A DNA stretch of 20,000 bases from Gonapodya sp. JEL0774 (lineage: Eukaryota). This document shows, piece after piece, positions 1 through 12,567 of this stretch. The notes under the pieces are model-generated. The model worked only from the letters and a program-made list of their open reading frames with translations. It had not been told where the DNA came from and searched no databases. Each line of letters opens with the position of its first letter. Positions within the stretch are counted from its first letter, which is position 1. A program made the position numbers and the translations under genes. The stretch covers positions 54,755 through 74,754 of the forward strand of contig JADIIX010000104.1 of assembly GCA_027604505.1 (NCBI GenBank), read 5' to 3'.

Positions 1-312
1 ACTCCGAAGTCGGTGCCAGTTGGGGTACAAATCACAACACACTCGGACATATCTGTGGAATGGCTATAAAGACAGTAGCGCTGGGAGAAACGAGAAAGAA
101 GTAACAGAGTTGGAAAGAAACAGATTGTATAAGAATTACGTCATCTTTCCACACAAAATTGGTAGATGTCGAAGTATAGTGATCCCGTGAGCAAAAATGT
201 GAATCCGAAATCAGTACTTCGATACGGCAGTATTATAGGCAACCAAATATTCGTTCCCGAATTAAGTAGCAAATCATGTGGGCTTCCTACCCGCAATTTG
301 ACACGGTTCCAC

Positions 313-2565
313 TCAGAACCATCCCACGAGTCTCTTAAACAGTTTTGATCCGCCCCTCTTCATACCGGATACTTCTTCTGCCGCTCCCCCTCCCCAACCG
401 GGCACACCGTTTAACCCAGGTGTCGTGCCCCGCCCGGGCGATTCCGACGCACCACGCGATGTTGGTGGGGTTGTTCGTGGAGATAATGGACCAGTGGTTG
501 GCGTTAATGGCGCCTGCGAGGCTGATTGCGTCTGTGGTGTAGCACCGTATGTCTGAAGTGCCATTGCCGCCGACAAGCGGGCGTTGAAATCCCGCGTGCC
601 TACGGGGGTCGATGCACGGAATTGCGGATTCGTGGCGAGAGCTAGGAGCACATCTGCCTGTGTTGCGGTGCTGCCATCGGGCAACGGCGATGTGACTCCA
701 TTTGTGCGTGGAAGGGCGTACGGGGACGAAAATGAGAGACGTGGACTGGGTAGCGGGGATGGGAATGTGTTTGGTGGTGTAGAGGTGGAGCGAGCACGGT
801 CACGTTTCGAATTGCGACGTGTGGTGTTTCGAATTCCTGGTCCAGGTGACTTAGATGTGGGTCGCGTAGCCATCGAGGACTCCCCTAGGTTGTCGTCAGC
901 AGTAAACGCAGATTGAGGGGCGGGTGCGCTGCTCCCGATAGGCGTTTTAGGTCGTCCTTGTCCTGAGCCACTTGCCACTGGTGTGCGAGGACGGGAACTC
1001 CCCTTAGCATTAGCATCTGTGCCGGCACTCGGCGACGGCGGTCTCCCAAACGCATACCCAGCCGGAGAGTTTGGTCTCGATCTAAACGCATCTATAAAAG
1101 GCGTCGTGGAGGGGGTCACGGACGAGTGGTGAATGGCAGGGGAAGATTTGGAGGACGGGACAGCCGCGGGAACGCTTTGCCGGCGCTTGGGGTCCAGTGA
1201 GACGTGGTTTGGGCTATGGTAGTAGACGATGGAGGACGATTGAGGAGATTGGAAAACGGGGCTGAAGAGGGTGGTCGAGGTTATGTTCAGGTCAGGGGAG
1301 GTGAGAGACTGGCCAGAAGCATGCGGGCGCTGCATGGAAGTTATGCAGTCGGAACATTATTCAGTCAGTGTTCAGTCGGAAGAGTGAAACGGAAGACGAT
1401 GACGAAAATCAAAAGGGAAGTTTGCCCTGTTTTTTTGGGTGCTGGGCAGGAAGACCACAGGTATGTCGTCTCCATCCTTCCCTCCAAAGCGTCTCCACAA
1501 CAATGAATTCGACTCCCTTCGCTTTTCTCACCTTTCCCAAGTCCTCCACCGCACCCGCCGTTGCTAGAAACTCCTCTCGCTTAGTATCCAACTGCTCCCC
1601 GAGCCCAACGAGCACCTCAGCAGCGGTTTCCATCTCGTGGAGCTTGAGTCGATATCTGAGATACTTGCGGTATTGCTTGGGGTGGATGGTGCGAATGATT
1701 TTCATGGGCTCGGGAAAGGTGGATTCCAGGGATTGAGCGACGGGGGAGTCCAGAGGGGCGGCCTGAAACGCAGAAGGCGTGAATAGAATCCTGAAACAAC
1801 AAAGTTTGTTGCGTCGATATTAATCCTTTTCGAGCTCCGTGTTGTAGTGCGATAACTTCTCCAACAAGTCCTTGGCGTCCGGCGGGCTGCTCCTGTTACC
1901 GCTCTCAGATCCCTGTTCCTTTCTTGTCTTCAAAATTCGCTTTCATTTTGATATTGTCGTCCGTGGCACCGGGTGGCTGGAGTTCCTCCGTCCTTCCCAG
2001 CTCCGAAACCGTTCTTCCCAATTTCTCTGAAAACTCCTCCTGGGTCACAGTCAAAACCGAAAAACCGCTAAATGGCATATTCTTAAGGCGAAAACTGACC
2101 TCAGACTTTTCTGCAACTGAGGCGAACATGGATTCTGCTTCAGCGAGTCTGTCCGACGCAGATTGCAATTCCCGCGCAGCATCCTCCATGCCCTCGAGTG
2201 CGGGTTTCCAGCTTAAGAAAGTGGGCAAATCGTTAAATTCGTTCCACTTGATCCAAACGTGCAATAGTGACCTACCGGATGTAAACTTCATAGACCATGG
2301 GACTGAACTCTCGTCTTACCAATTCCGCCACATTCAATCTGCTCGTCTGAGCCTGAGAATCTCCACCCTCTCCGCTACTCTCTCCTTTGTCGGTGCCTTC
2401 CTCGTCACCCACTTCAAGCGAACTGGCAATGTGAGCCGCATTGGTCTCAATGGTATCGATCCTCCTTCGCAGCGTTGAATACACAGCATGGGCTCCCGGA
2501 TAGGCGGTAGCCACCGCCAGCGGGAACCTCGTATTGCTTACGGTGGTGGGGTCGATCCCGAGCAT
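313..2565 (-). CDS. Multi-exon hypothetical protein: helical/coiled-coil N-terminal half plus a long Ser/Pro/Thr-rich disordered C-terminal half; exon boundaries approximate
   Basis: Collinear minus-strand ORFs 2272-2595, 1905-2291, 1409-1705 and 313-1335, with GT-type donors (GTAAGA near 2320, GTCAGT near 2100). The last ORF is 340 codons with repeated R-P-x-[S/T]-P motifs and ends KLFKRLVGWF*. First ATG at 2565. No family recognised with confidence. Confidence 0.55.
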
Positions 2566-3037
2566 GGACCTTTGTTCTATCGTGATTGAGCTCAACCAGA
2601 AATTTTGCTAGCCTGCACTGCGGGCCCCAAATTTCTGAGAGCTTTCAATTTACTTTGCCGCTTTTCTTCTCAGTTCGTTCCGCGTTGCCGCGCCGAATCC
2701 GATTTTTCTCCCAGAGGCCGAAGGTGTGGGAGGGGAGCGGCAAGACAAAGTGCTAAATGTGCGGTGTGATATTTATTAAGCGGCCACTGCTTGTCTCGAA
2801 AGGGAGAAAATATTGTAATCGACGTTAGGCAATCAAGGATTCTACCACTCAAGTTGGAGGAGTTAAACATTTTAAGCAGCGGCATTACAACTCCTTCGCA
2901 GGTGAGGGCCATCGAGAAGTCCCTTCGGCACCGCAAACGGCAGCAAGTGGCGGCAAACGGCTGGACCGAAAAAACATGTAGAGGAAGTTCTTGAAATGCC
3001 TATATACAAAAATAAGTGTTCTCCGCATGTAACCTTT

Positions 3038-6000
3038 TCAGTCGTCCTCGCTGGAAGCACCAGCCGACTGCACCAAGCGCACGAACTTCTCTGGCGCACT
3101 ATGAAGAGGAATAGTTTGAATAAGCGTCACAACAGTCTCCATTTCCGCCTCCCGTTCCTCTATCAAGCGATTATAGATCCTGACGTAGAATGCTCCGAAA
3201 AGAGACACGGTAAGCACAAATAGAGCTATTGATGCAGACGAGGCTAACGTGTTTCCTTGGGGCAGATAATCTTTGAGTATCAGATGATCAACCTCGCGTA
3301 GCCCAGCAACAATATCATGTTGTATCGCCTCCATGTAGAGTATCCTAGGGTCCGCAAAGTTATGGGTGGCTTTCAACGCGTTGACCTGACATCACGAACA
3401 ACTTGACACCTATGTTCGTTTACCGACAAACTCCCTCAGTAGTCGAGCACTCACCACCAAAAATTCTTCGGCATTTTGAATGTAGTCGGCCAGCTGCTGA
3501 TCCACAGGAGATAATGCCTCCTCAAGGGAGAATCCATATGATTCGTTGTATGTTCGAACGGCCGGGTCGCAGTTGTCGATCTTGCACCCCCAGCCTTCCA
3601 AGACTTCATGCACGATTGGGATGCTCGTAGTCGGGGGGTGTGGGACTTCACCATGGCCGGTGAGAGCGTCTTCGTGCAGAGTTTTCAGTTTCACGATACT
3701 GGAATAGCAACAGAACCTCGAAGATCAGGAACATAACTTTTTCTTTGATCCATTCACCCACTAGTCTTTCATGTGCATTTCTTGCTCTCCAAAAGTCCAC
3801 GTTGAGTTGTCTTCGTTGTGGAATGCAGGTTTTCGGGCAAATGGACAACCGCAAAAGTCTCTCCAAAACCCACCTCCGAGCAGAACCTCGTATCCTAAAG
3901 TTCTCGTCATTCGCACCATAAACTTGCGTCCACCGGTATAGTTAATGAGCTGACGAGGACAAAAAATCACTGTGTAACATCCATTCGATTTACAGAAGAG
4001 ACATGACGTCGTCTCGTACATCGACAAAGGTCGCATTTATGGGTAGTCGAACCACCGCCGGAATGAGAATCGCGCAGCCGCAAGCGCACAGAGCGAGTAG
4101 TGAGGCACCGAGTATCAGAGATTCCTTTCCTTGTCGTCCGTCTCTTCCAGCGTCCTGTGACGGTAAACTCTTCTCGTCAATGTCAACATCATCCTCGGTC
4201 AAAAATTCCAATTGCTCGTCAATTGTTAGCAAAATTTCGTCCAGAACTTTTGCCGGTATGCTTTGAAGAAACTTGAGATACTTCAATTGTGTCACTCGAA
4301 CTTCGTGTATAAGCGGGTACCTTGATAAAAATTTAGGCTGATTGTCACTAATGCTGCACCAAATCATGCTGCTCACCAAATTGTTGTCGCGTTTAAAGCC
4401 CCGAGGACTAACTGAAGGACCAGAATTACCTACGGATACTACTGGTGAAAAGTGGCAGTTCGCATCGGTGGATACTCGTCGACGTACCCAAAATATCAAA
4501 AGTTGATTCGACACAGTTTGGGTAAAAGATTCGCGTCCCGTATCACAGACGGCTAGTTGAAAATGAATGACATTCTTCCTGCTCGCACGGAATCGTTGGC
4601 ATACACATGATTTCGTACCTTTTAGGGTTTCTCCTACGGTGATCATGCTGATATTCAATGGAAAGTTGTTAGTCTGTCACTGAACCCGTAACACGTCCAT
4701 AATCGCCGTACTTATCGACTAGGAAGCGCAGTCTCTTGTCTTGAGTTGGTGGAGATCTTTGGAAGAATTGCATATCTGATAATCTGTCAAATAATGAGCA
4801 CGAAGACGGAGAAAATCACCATCTACCTTCGGCGAGCAGGCTTCGAGCGTATTCATTAACACGACTAGCAACTTGGAACTGGTTCATGTATGCTGTTTCG
4901 GGCTGCCAAGTGTGATAGTCGTTGGTTATCTTGCTGTAAAGTTTGACTTGAACCTTTTGCGAAGTGTCGGAACTTGAAGAAACTAAATAAGGTAGGCTGA
5001 TGTTGCCATTCTGATTGTTTTGGTTGGCAAGGTCTTGTTTCCATCTGTTGTAGTTCGTTGAATCTCCAGTGCTTGCAAAGTAAGTCATGAGACGCGCAGC
5101 TTGTATCGTTGCGAGAGCTGTTCGGCCGATTTCTGTGGTTGTCAAGAATGAATCGACGTCGGCAGACACTAAATCATAAACGTTGCGTGATGATTATGAG
5201 AGATCCGGATCGAATCAGGGGTTGGCTCACACGAGTGAAACACTGTGTTTGTGTACCCAAAAGCAAAGGACGTAAGGACCAGACAGATTACGGATAGCGC
5301 TTGTAGACGAGTGCGATAGTTTCGGGGAACATGCACTAGTCTTTTCACGAACTCCAGCCGATTTGCCCGTGCACGTCGGGCTTCTCGGCTCTCGCCAGTT
5401 GCCTGACTGTCACCATGGGAGCTAGCAGCTTTGCGTGGATGTGGCATTCTGCGATCTTGCATGGAAACTTCTTGAGTTTGTTCTTTCCCGTCTGATTCAC
5501 TGGCTTCAGTTCCATTTTCATTGCCTGACTGACCGTTGATGGTAATTGAAAGCAGCGAACCGCTCTCTAATTCACTTTCTGGGTCAGATATCGAGTCGTC
5601 CTCAGAGTTGTTGAGGGCTGCATTTTCTAGTTCTGATTTCACAAAATTGAGCCATAGAAAATTTTTCCCTGTCGTTGTAACATCACAAACCTTCGGCGAC
5701 GGAAAGCAGCCGGCGACATTCCTCGGAGTCCGCAAGCACTGTACGATTGAAGTCCGCGAAAAGTCTGAGCATATTCTTTGATTTGGGGAACCTGGTTATA
5801 AGTCTTTGATAATTGTCTCTAAGGGACAGTTTCATTGGTGAGTAAAGCCGATTGCGATCGTGTTAAAATTAGGATACCTTGCTCTTGCCGTGGCACTGGC
5901 AATTGAATTCAAGTAATCTGGATACTTGAGGTAATCTTTATTTGTAGTAGCTCGACGCACGCATGTCCAAAAGGCTTTAAGCTCCGTGAGACTCGCAATG

Positions 6001-8462
6001 TGCTAATTTAAGCGCGGATTCAAACCTTGTCCATTCGCATATGAACTCTCAGAACTCACGTATATCTTTGCATACTTTTCTTGACTGCTTATCTCGATAA
6101 ATCTAAAACAGAGAAACCATCATACAACCTAGGTGCCATGTTGACCGAGTTTGGGGGACTCACGAGGAAAAATTAAGGTCGCTCTTCTGAACTTCTTTAC
6201 TTTTTTGAGACTGCTCCGCAAGCTTTTCGCAAACAAAGCCCATAAAGCGAACATCAAACGCAACATTAATGTTGAAGATCTTTTCTAAAAGGTCAAAGGC
6301 CTTCTCGGCGTTGGTTTCATCTGGTCTGTGCACGGCGGTGGTGTCCTCTGGGAACGCCAACAAGTACAGTGCTGCTTCAATGAGAACCATGCCATCCTAA
6401 GGCCGGAATGAAAGGTAAATAATTGACAGGCTTGCAGTACAGGAGACTGCACTTTGAGATCATTCATAGACACACGCACCTTGGGATACTGCAGGAAAGC
6501 AGCCTCCATGAGCTCTCGCACGAGAATTCGAGAATCTGGATCTTCAGAATCTCTCACGAATCGACAGGCGAGCTCAACATCATAGGGTGAATTGAAGATA
6601 GGGGGCTGATGGAACAGATATGCAGTCAGTATCAGAACGTTTGGTCACACAAGCATGTCAACAAACCTCGTATTTTGACTTCTCAGTCGTTAGCCGAAAG
6701 ATACTGACATAGAAGGTTGAGAAACTTCGCACATCAACGTTTCCTTTCGCGTTCGCTCTCAGGACTCACTTTTCCTCCACTCGATCTAGAATACCATCCA
6801 GACTTTGGCCATCAAGAGTCACCCGTCTTCCACTATTGTTGTACTTCATGGTGGCAAAGCTTTTACCTGTGCCTCTCATATCCTTCATCTTCGCTTTGAA
6901 CCTCGCATAAATTTGGCGTGTGACAATTGTTCGAACTGCCCTGTTCAAGAAAGCACCCGCAAGGATGGAGGGAACGACAATCGCGGCCAAGAGACATAAT
7001 GGTACGAGGCTGTCCGTAGCAGCCAGCCCAGAAACATCGCAAGCAAGAGAGATAAGCGACTTCAAAGAGGTTCAATGAATCAATGCTAGCAGCATCATGT
7101 TTAAGTGTGAAGCTACACCTCACCATGACAAAAGCAGCAAAGAAAATGCCACTTCGTATTTCCTGAAGTGTCGCGTTATGAAAAGGTTGTTTTTGCACCG
7201 TTTCCTTCACGAGAGCGAACAAACAGACAACCAGAATTCCAAGTTTTGTAGATGTCGAGTCCAAAAACTGCCACACAAAAACCAAGAGCAGCTTGACAAC
7301 TAGGTACAGCAAATCCGTCCGGCCATGCGCCCGGGAGAGAGTGTTCTTGGGCGATTTGGGATTACCGTCCACATAAATTAGAGCTGGAGTGGGTTCAAGC
7401 ATATCAATAGTGTTATGGACCTCAGAAGCATGCAACATACCCATGATAAGCGTATAGGGAAGAAAGAGAGCGAGACCGAGAACTAGAGTAGTTCAATCAC
7501 GTTAGGTGGGTGGGTTGAAAGATTGTCTTGAAAGTATCTCCTCGTACCAGAGAATATATATGGGATTATATGAGGCAAACTCGTGTAGCAAGTCACTTCA
7601 GGATATAACTCCAGCACACCGTGACGACAATCCACAATGGTAAGAAATACTTCGGCGATAGCTTGAAAGGCGGGAACCCCATGTCAGTTTAAATATTCAA
7701 GGGCAGGATGCAAATTTGCCGTACTCACGAATGTTTAGAACCCCAACAGCCAATAAGGTCCCTGCTCGTAGAAGGGAAAGGGGCCAAACAAACTTGAACT
7801 TCCCTCGACTGAAAGATATTCCACAGAATACGATGGTGCCAACTAATGTTGCGACGAGAAGCCACGCGACTGAGACGATACCGAGAAAGGCATTGTACGA
7901 GGACGGTCGAAGAACCAAAGGATTCCAAATGTAGTGAATCCACGATGGCGCGCCTGGAAGGCTTTTGGAGGTGAGCCGCGATACACAGTGGATTTAAATG
8001 TGATGCCAGAAGAAAACGTTCCCGCCACGAAACTCGTAAACGCTTCACTGACCTGTAACCTGGATGCCAGCAGAAATAAAAGAGCTGCATATCTTCGAAG
8101 ATGGTCAACGGGTATGCGAAGGACTGTGGTACTTCATTCCCTGTAACCATAGAATGGAGGACCTGAAACAGTGTATGTTCGATTCTTGAGCGCCTCACGG
8201 CTGCCTTTGGTTTCGATGAAAAGCAGGGTGGTGGTGAAACTGTCAGGTCTACTCCTCCACCTTGGAGATTGTGAGAACATCACATCCTCACCTCCCTTTC
8301 TGCTCTCATGCGATTGCTGCTGCTCTCGGATCTGATAGGAACTTTCTCTACTGTAGCTCCGGCGGAAGAGAATGCCTGAGTCTCTTCCATGAGTTCGTTG
8401 GAGCTTCGAATTGCAGGATCCGGTGTTGGGGAGGAAGATTTGGCTTTCCCAAGGAGAGTCAT
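3038..8462 (-). CDS. Multi-exon, multi-pass membrane protein of the tiny-macrocysts TmcB/TmcC-like family
   Basis: Exon 1 MTLLGK...RAERE (8292-8462) joins through a phase-0 GT..AG intron (8205-8291) to AAVRRSRIEHTLFQVLHSM. The N-terminal TM cluster includes FEDMQLFYF, WPLSLLR, HGRTDLLYLVVK and QPFHN. A helical TPR-like region follows (VELACRFVRD, AFLQYPK, FDVRFM, YQRLITRFPKSKNMLRLFADF near 5760-5810), then further TM hairpins (5230-5300, 4050-4120, 3170-3230) separated by charged linkers. Stop at 3038-3040. Family recognised from motif memory, not from a search. Confidence 0.72.
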
Positions 8463-8890
8463 CCTTCAAATTTGAATGGGCGGCGATCAAATCAAGAGGG
8501 ATAATGATCCGGCTCTCGGTGAAGATCAGGTGCTGGGACATTGCAGCCAGGCATTCCCGCCCTTTCCCGCCAATACCAATACGAAGTTTGTATCCACGAA
8601 GCACCCATATGAGCGCTGCCGAACAAGTTTTAGTTGATGGTGACAGGGCAACAGTGCTACTACTAATGTGATGTGGGCTTGCCGTTCAAACACAAGATTG
8701 GGCGAGAATACATAATGGGACGTGAATGCGATGGCCTCATTCCTCATCGTAGTGAGAGGAAGAACTTGAGGAAAAACAACCTTGAAATGTTAATTGAGAG
8801 CGTTTCAAACTCATTATAAGTAAAACATGGTGAGGGCGCCAGTCCACTCCAGGTACAAATAATTATGGAGTTGCACCCCGGCATGAACAC

Positions 8891-8947
8891 AAACGGAGCG
8901 ACCAAAAACCGGAGTGGCCTCACGGAGTGCCTCCAACGGAGTGTTCC
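8891..8947. repeat. Four imperfect tandem copies of a CGGAG(T/C)G motif
   Basis: CGGAG starts at 8894, 8910, 8923 and 8937 (aaaCGGAGcg, acCGGAGtgg, caCGGAGtgc, caaCGGAGtgt), with spacings of 16, 13 and 14 nt. Confidence 0.6.
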
Positions 8948-8949
8948 CT

Positions 8950-8980
8950 TTAGGGGGTCCAATGTTTGGTACCCCTCTAA
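8950..8980. repeat. Imperfect inverted repeat (hairpin)
   Basis: TTAGGGGGTCCAA (8950-8962), a TGT loop, then TTGGTACCCCTCTAA (8966-8980). The reverse complement of the right arm, TTAGAGGGGTACCAA, matches the left arm with two single-nt bulges. Confidence 0.55.
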
Positions 8981-9169
8981 TTATTCAGTAGTTGGGTTAC
9001 CTTGACTGTGATTAGCGGATTAACATGTGTTTTGATTTTCACAACTTGTGCTGCCTTTGATCTGTGATTGCGAGCCTTCGAAAGCGAAGTGGCTTCCATG
9101 GGGGGCTGTGACGAGTCCCTCACCAACTTACTCACAACAAAGTCTTCTGAAGCTCACTACAAGTTCTGC

Positions 9170-12100
9170 TATGTCTTCTGCCATCGATATTGACCGCATG
9201 GACTCCTCCTCGGCGTCGGGAAGGTCAACTCACCGGGACGAGCCTCAGAACGACGATTTCCTGGATGACATTCTCTCCCGCATTCGACCCAAGTACCATG
9301 AGCACTACTGCTCCATTGTTCAAGAGAGTATCAAATCAGGGAATGGATCTTTCGTGGAGCTGCCCTTCGTCTTCCTTCAGGTCGAGTACGAGCCTGATGA
9401 CTCTGAGCCAGATGTTGAGATACAGCCAAAAAAGCCGTCCCTGCCCTATGCCCAACCACTGAAGCTTCTGGAATCTTCGTCAGATGAAAAAGCTCCTGTG
9501 AGAACAAATACTCACAGGAGTCCATTCAATGAACCCATCCGTCTTGTTTCTTCGTCGGATCGTGACAGTGACACAGGAGGATCAGCGGAAAATGGGGGAT
9601 GGACGACTGTTGTGTACAAGAAAAAGAAGACAACAAGAGCAAAGGTGTGTCCCATGGAAAGGTTGTGGGCTTTTTCTTGCAGTGTGGTGTCTCACTTGAA
9701 GGGCCGTCGGTCTGGCGTGAACACTTTGACACACAAATCACAGAACCTGTCAGCCATTCGTGGATGTGCATCCCGCTCAAGACTACGTTTAATACCTCAA
9801 AGAAAAGCGAGGATAGAGTCTCTATTCACGCATCTTCATCATCGGAGGATCACGATACTTTTTTTGACCGCTCCAAGAACTCAAAGAAAAGGAGCGTCGC
9901 AGAGACAGTCAGTGCGTCTCACTTGTTGATCTTACCATTGTTTGTCCTGGAGAGCTCCCCAACTCCGGCTTGAATGTTTTCTTGAAGGGGTCGAGCTTGG
10001 AGGCATTTGATGTCTACATTGCTCCCAGCACGCCAAATTGCATTTATACTCGCAAATGCAAAGCGTGGTGGTAGTGACTTTGCTGGACTTGGGAGCAAGC
10101 CAGGGGATGTTCCACGTCAGATCACAGACTTGCGCATTGAGTGCGAGAACTTTCTTCCAAAAACAGTGAGTCGCTGAGTTTCAAAGCTTCCATGTATGTC
10201 AGGGGCGGAACCTTAACCACGTCTGCATTTGACAGCAACGTTGCTTTGTCGTGACTTTCCTTATCCCTGCCATGTCGTTGGATGATTGGAGGAATGCATC
10301 GAATGAGAATCAAAAGTATCGTGACAAGAGCATTGTTGCTTTTGACAGAATGAAATGGACTGCAAACAGCCACCCAAGGCAGCAATCGGCATCTTACATG
10401 GTTGACACAGTGGACGCAACAGCTGTCTGTCAGTCTGAGTCAGTGGTATATTATACAGATCGCTGGGAATGCAAGAGGGATGGTCTGATTGTGGCCCAAA
10501 AGAAACTTTGCCATATTGAATCAGACTCGGGGAACACAATAGACAAGGCAATCTCAGAAAAGTGCTATCATTGTTGCGAATCTGAGCCCTAGCCACATAT
10601 GAAACCACTGTTCACTTTCTGCAAACAGAATGGGGGTGGAACTAGATGGTAACCAGCTTCTCGAGTTCCAAATTTGCTTCGGCTTGTTGGGTTTGCGGCT
10701 TAGTGAAGCTGGCCAAAGTACATTGCGTGGAAATCAACTACCTGGACAGTCTGGAAGCCTGGCCCCCCATCATTGTACAAACCCTATTGTGCACCAGGAG
10801 GCCAAAAACTTGATTTCACACGGCATGACACCATCTCAGGGAAAGCACCACATTAATTCTAGGGCCGACCCAACAGATTCTGCAGGAGGACACAATTTGA
10901 AGTGGGAAATAAGCTCGCAGTATCAGCTCAACAGTGAGAGTTTGTACATTTTTGTTTGCCCCACAATATCAACTGACTGTCAGTGGATCATGTCACAGGC
11001 CCAGAATGTGCCACTAGGACGCCCTTATGCAGATCAAATCCACACCTATGTGACTGCTGCACTTCAGAAACATGCTGAGGGGAAAAGCAATCCAGAACAG
11101 CAATACCTTGTCCAAGTTCAGGCTACACCAGGTCTATTTGGACACTACACCAACAAGGCAGTCCAACATGATTGCATCTGCACCTCACCATTTAGTGCTC
11201 TACCTCCTTACTGTGCTAAGCCACAAAGTCCTGTTGCTGCCGACATAACTTTCAGCGTTACTCAGGAGACAGTTACATCTGCCAGCGTCACGTGGAAAGT
11301 ACACTACTACATCACAGTTTTTGCTTTCAATGACACACACTTAGAAAAGGTAGACACTGGGCAACCACCATGGAGGATTGTATCAATAATGCTACATGAA
11401 GAGCGGGACGATGAAGCCTTCAAACACATCTTGCACTTATTTGTGGGGAGTGACCCAAAGTTGAAAGATATAGCATTTCTCATCACTGATGATGGAAGCG
11501 AGTATGATGATCTACCATGGTCTTTCTTTCCAAGATTGAAGCAGCTGACTTTGCATCCTGCACCGAAAGTGCGAGGACATTCAATTCTGACAAGCACAGA
11601 AGACATATTCAGAGTCATCACAGGCCAACTGCAGAGGGGTCCGTTGTATGGGAATGGAATGGTTGACCTGCCGTTGGATGTTCTTCAAAGTGATGACCTG
11701 CGTGCATCATTGGGAGATTGATTTGAGAAAGTTTTTGTTGAAAGGAGCAAAAGAGTTGATGAGTGAGTTTTGGGTGTCATTGGTCCAGTTTCTTTAATCG
11801 TATTTGATATTGTTTAACAGCAGCTATTAGATTCACTGAATACTTTCAAAATGAATTTCTTTCTAAAACTGGATTGCCTGACACTTTCCGTCTGGATTGA
11901 AGCTGGATACCATCAGAGAGAGGCTGTTTACAACAACAGTCTTGAAGCAATGAACAAGGTTGTTCTAAAGGAAGTCGCCAATGAACAGGGGGACAGGAAG
12001 TTGATGAAAACGCATGAAGGCATTGTTAAGTATATAAAATCTGACTGACTAAGTGCCAAGAAGGCAGTTTGCAACATGGCTGGGGACTATGCAGTGAGCA

Positions 12101-12261
12101 AGGAGTACCACAACAACATCTTCTTGCGAAAGGATACTCCACACAATGCTGATCTTGAAATGGACAAGGGAATCTCCAATGGAAGTCTTTTTTGTTCCCT
12201 GGAAGAGCAACTCGTGAATGAAAGAGCACCAGCAAACAGTGTGTCAGCAGAGAACTCTTGA
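9170..12261 (+). pseudogene. Degenerate Mutator/MULE-superfamily DDE transposase (introns, frameshifts, stops)
   Basis: MULE motifs occur in the correct order: PVAADITFSV (D at 11242); IVSIMLHEERDDEAFKHIL; AFLITDDG (D at 11488); FFPRLKQL followed after a frameshift by LCILH (CxxH, 11552-11563); and NNSLEAMNKVVLK (E at 11944). Upstream YYTDRWECKRDG (~10450-10485) resembles a FAR1/WRKY-type DNA-binding motif. Intron-like segments lie at ~9908-9988, ~10167-10235 and ~11763-11820. The 5' and 3' limits are approximate. Confidence 0.8.
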
Positions 12262-12567
12262 CATGGAGCCCAAAGTCAAGAAAGTCTGGAGCACTCACAG
12301 GTGGAACATGCACCTTTGCCAATGACAGCTGAAGCAATTAATAGGATGTTTTATTTGGTGCGTGCTTTTAAGCAAGTGTACTCTCTTTGTCTCTTTGTTG
12401 CTAACTCCGTTCACTGCCCTCCAACTTCCATTCACATTTTGCATAGAATCATGAAATGAAAACTGCGATGCTTTCTGCTATCCAGAGCATGTGCAGTGCT
12501 GCAACACAACTTGCTTCTTGAACCCAAAAGGTCGATTTATTACTTGGCTTGAAACAGTTCCGGATGG

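Noticed and set aside
1..60. Possible minus-strand start or exon (MSECVVICTPTGTDFG) at the window edge
   Set aside because: Too little sequence to support a call.
1346..1382. Short duplication CAGTCGGAA / TTCAGTC
   Set aside because: Too short; consistent with Ser/Asp-rich low-complexity coding sequence on the minus strand.
584..2478. Plus-strand ORFs 584-916, 1368-1736 and 1924-2478 (likewise 4003-4266 and 5536-5781)
   Set aside because: Antisense shadows of minus-strand exons with no independent motifs.
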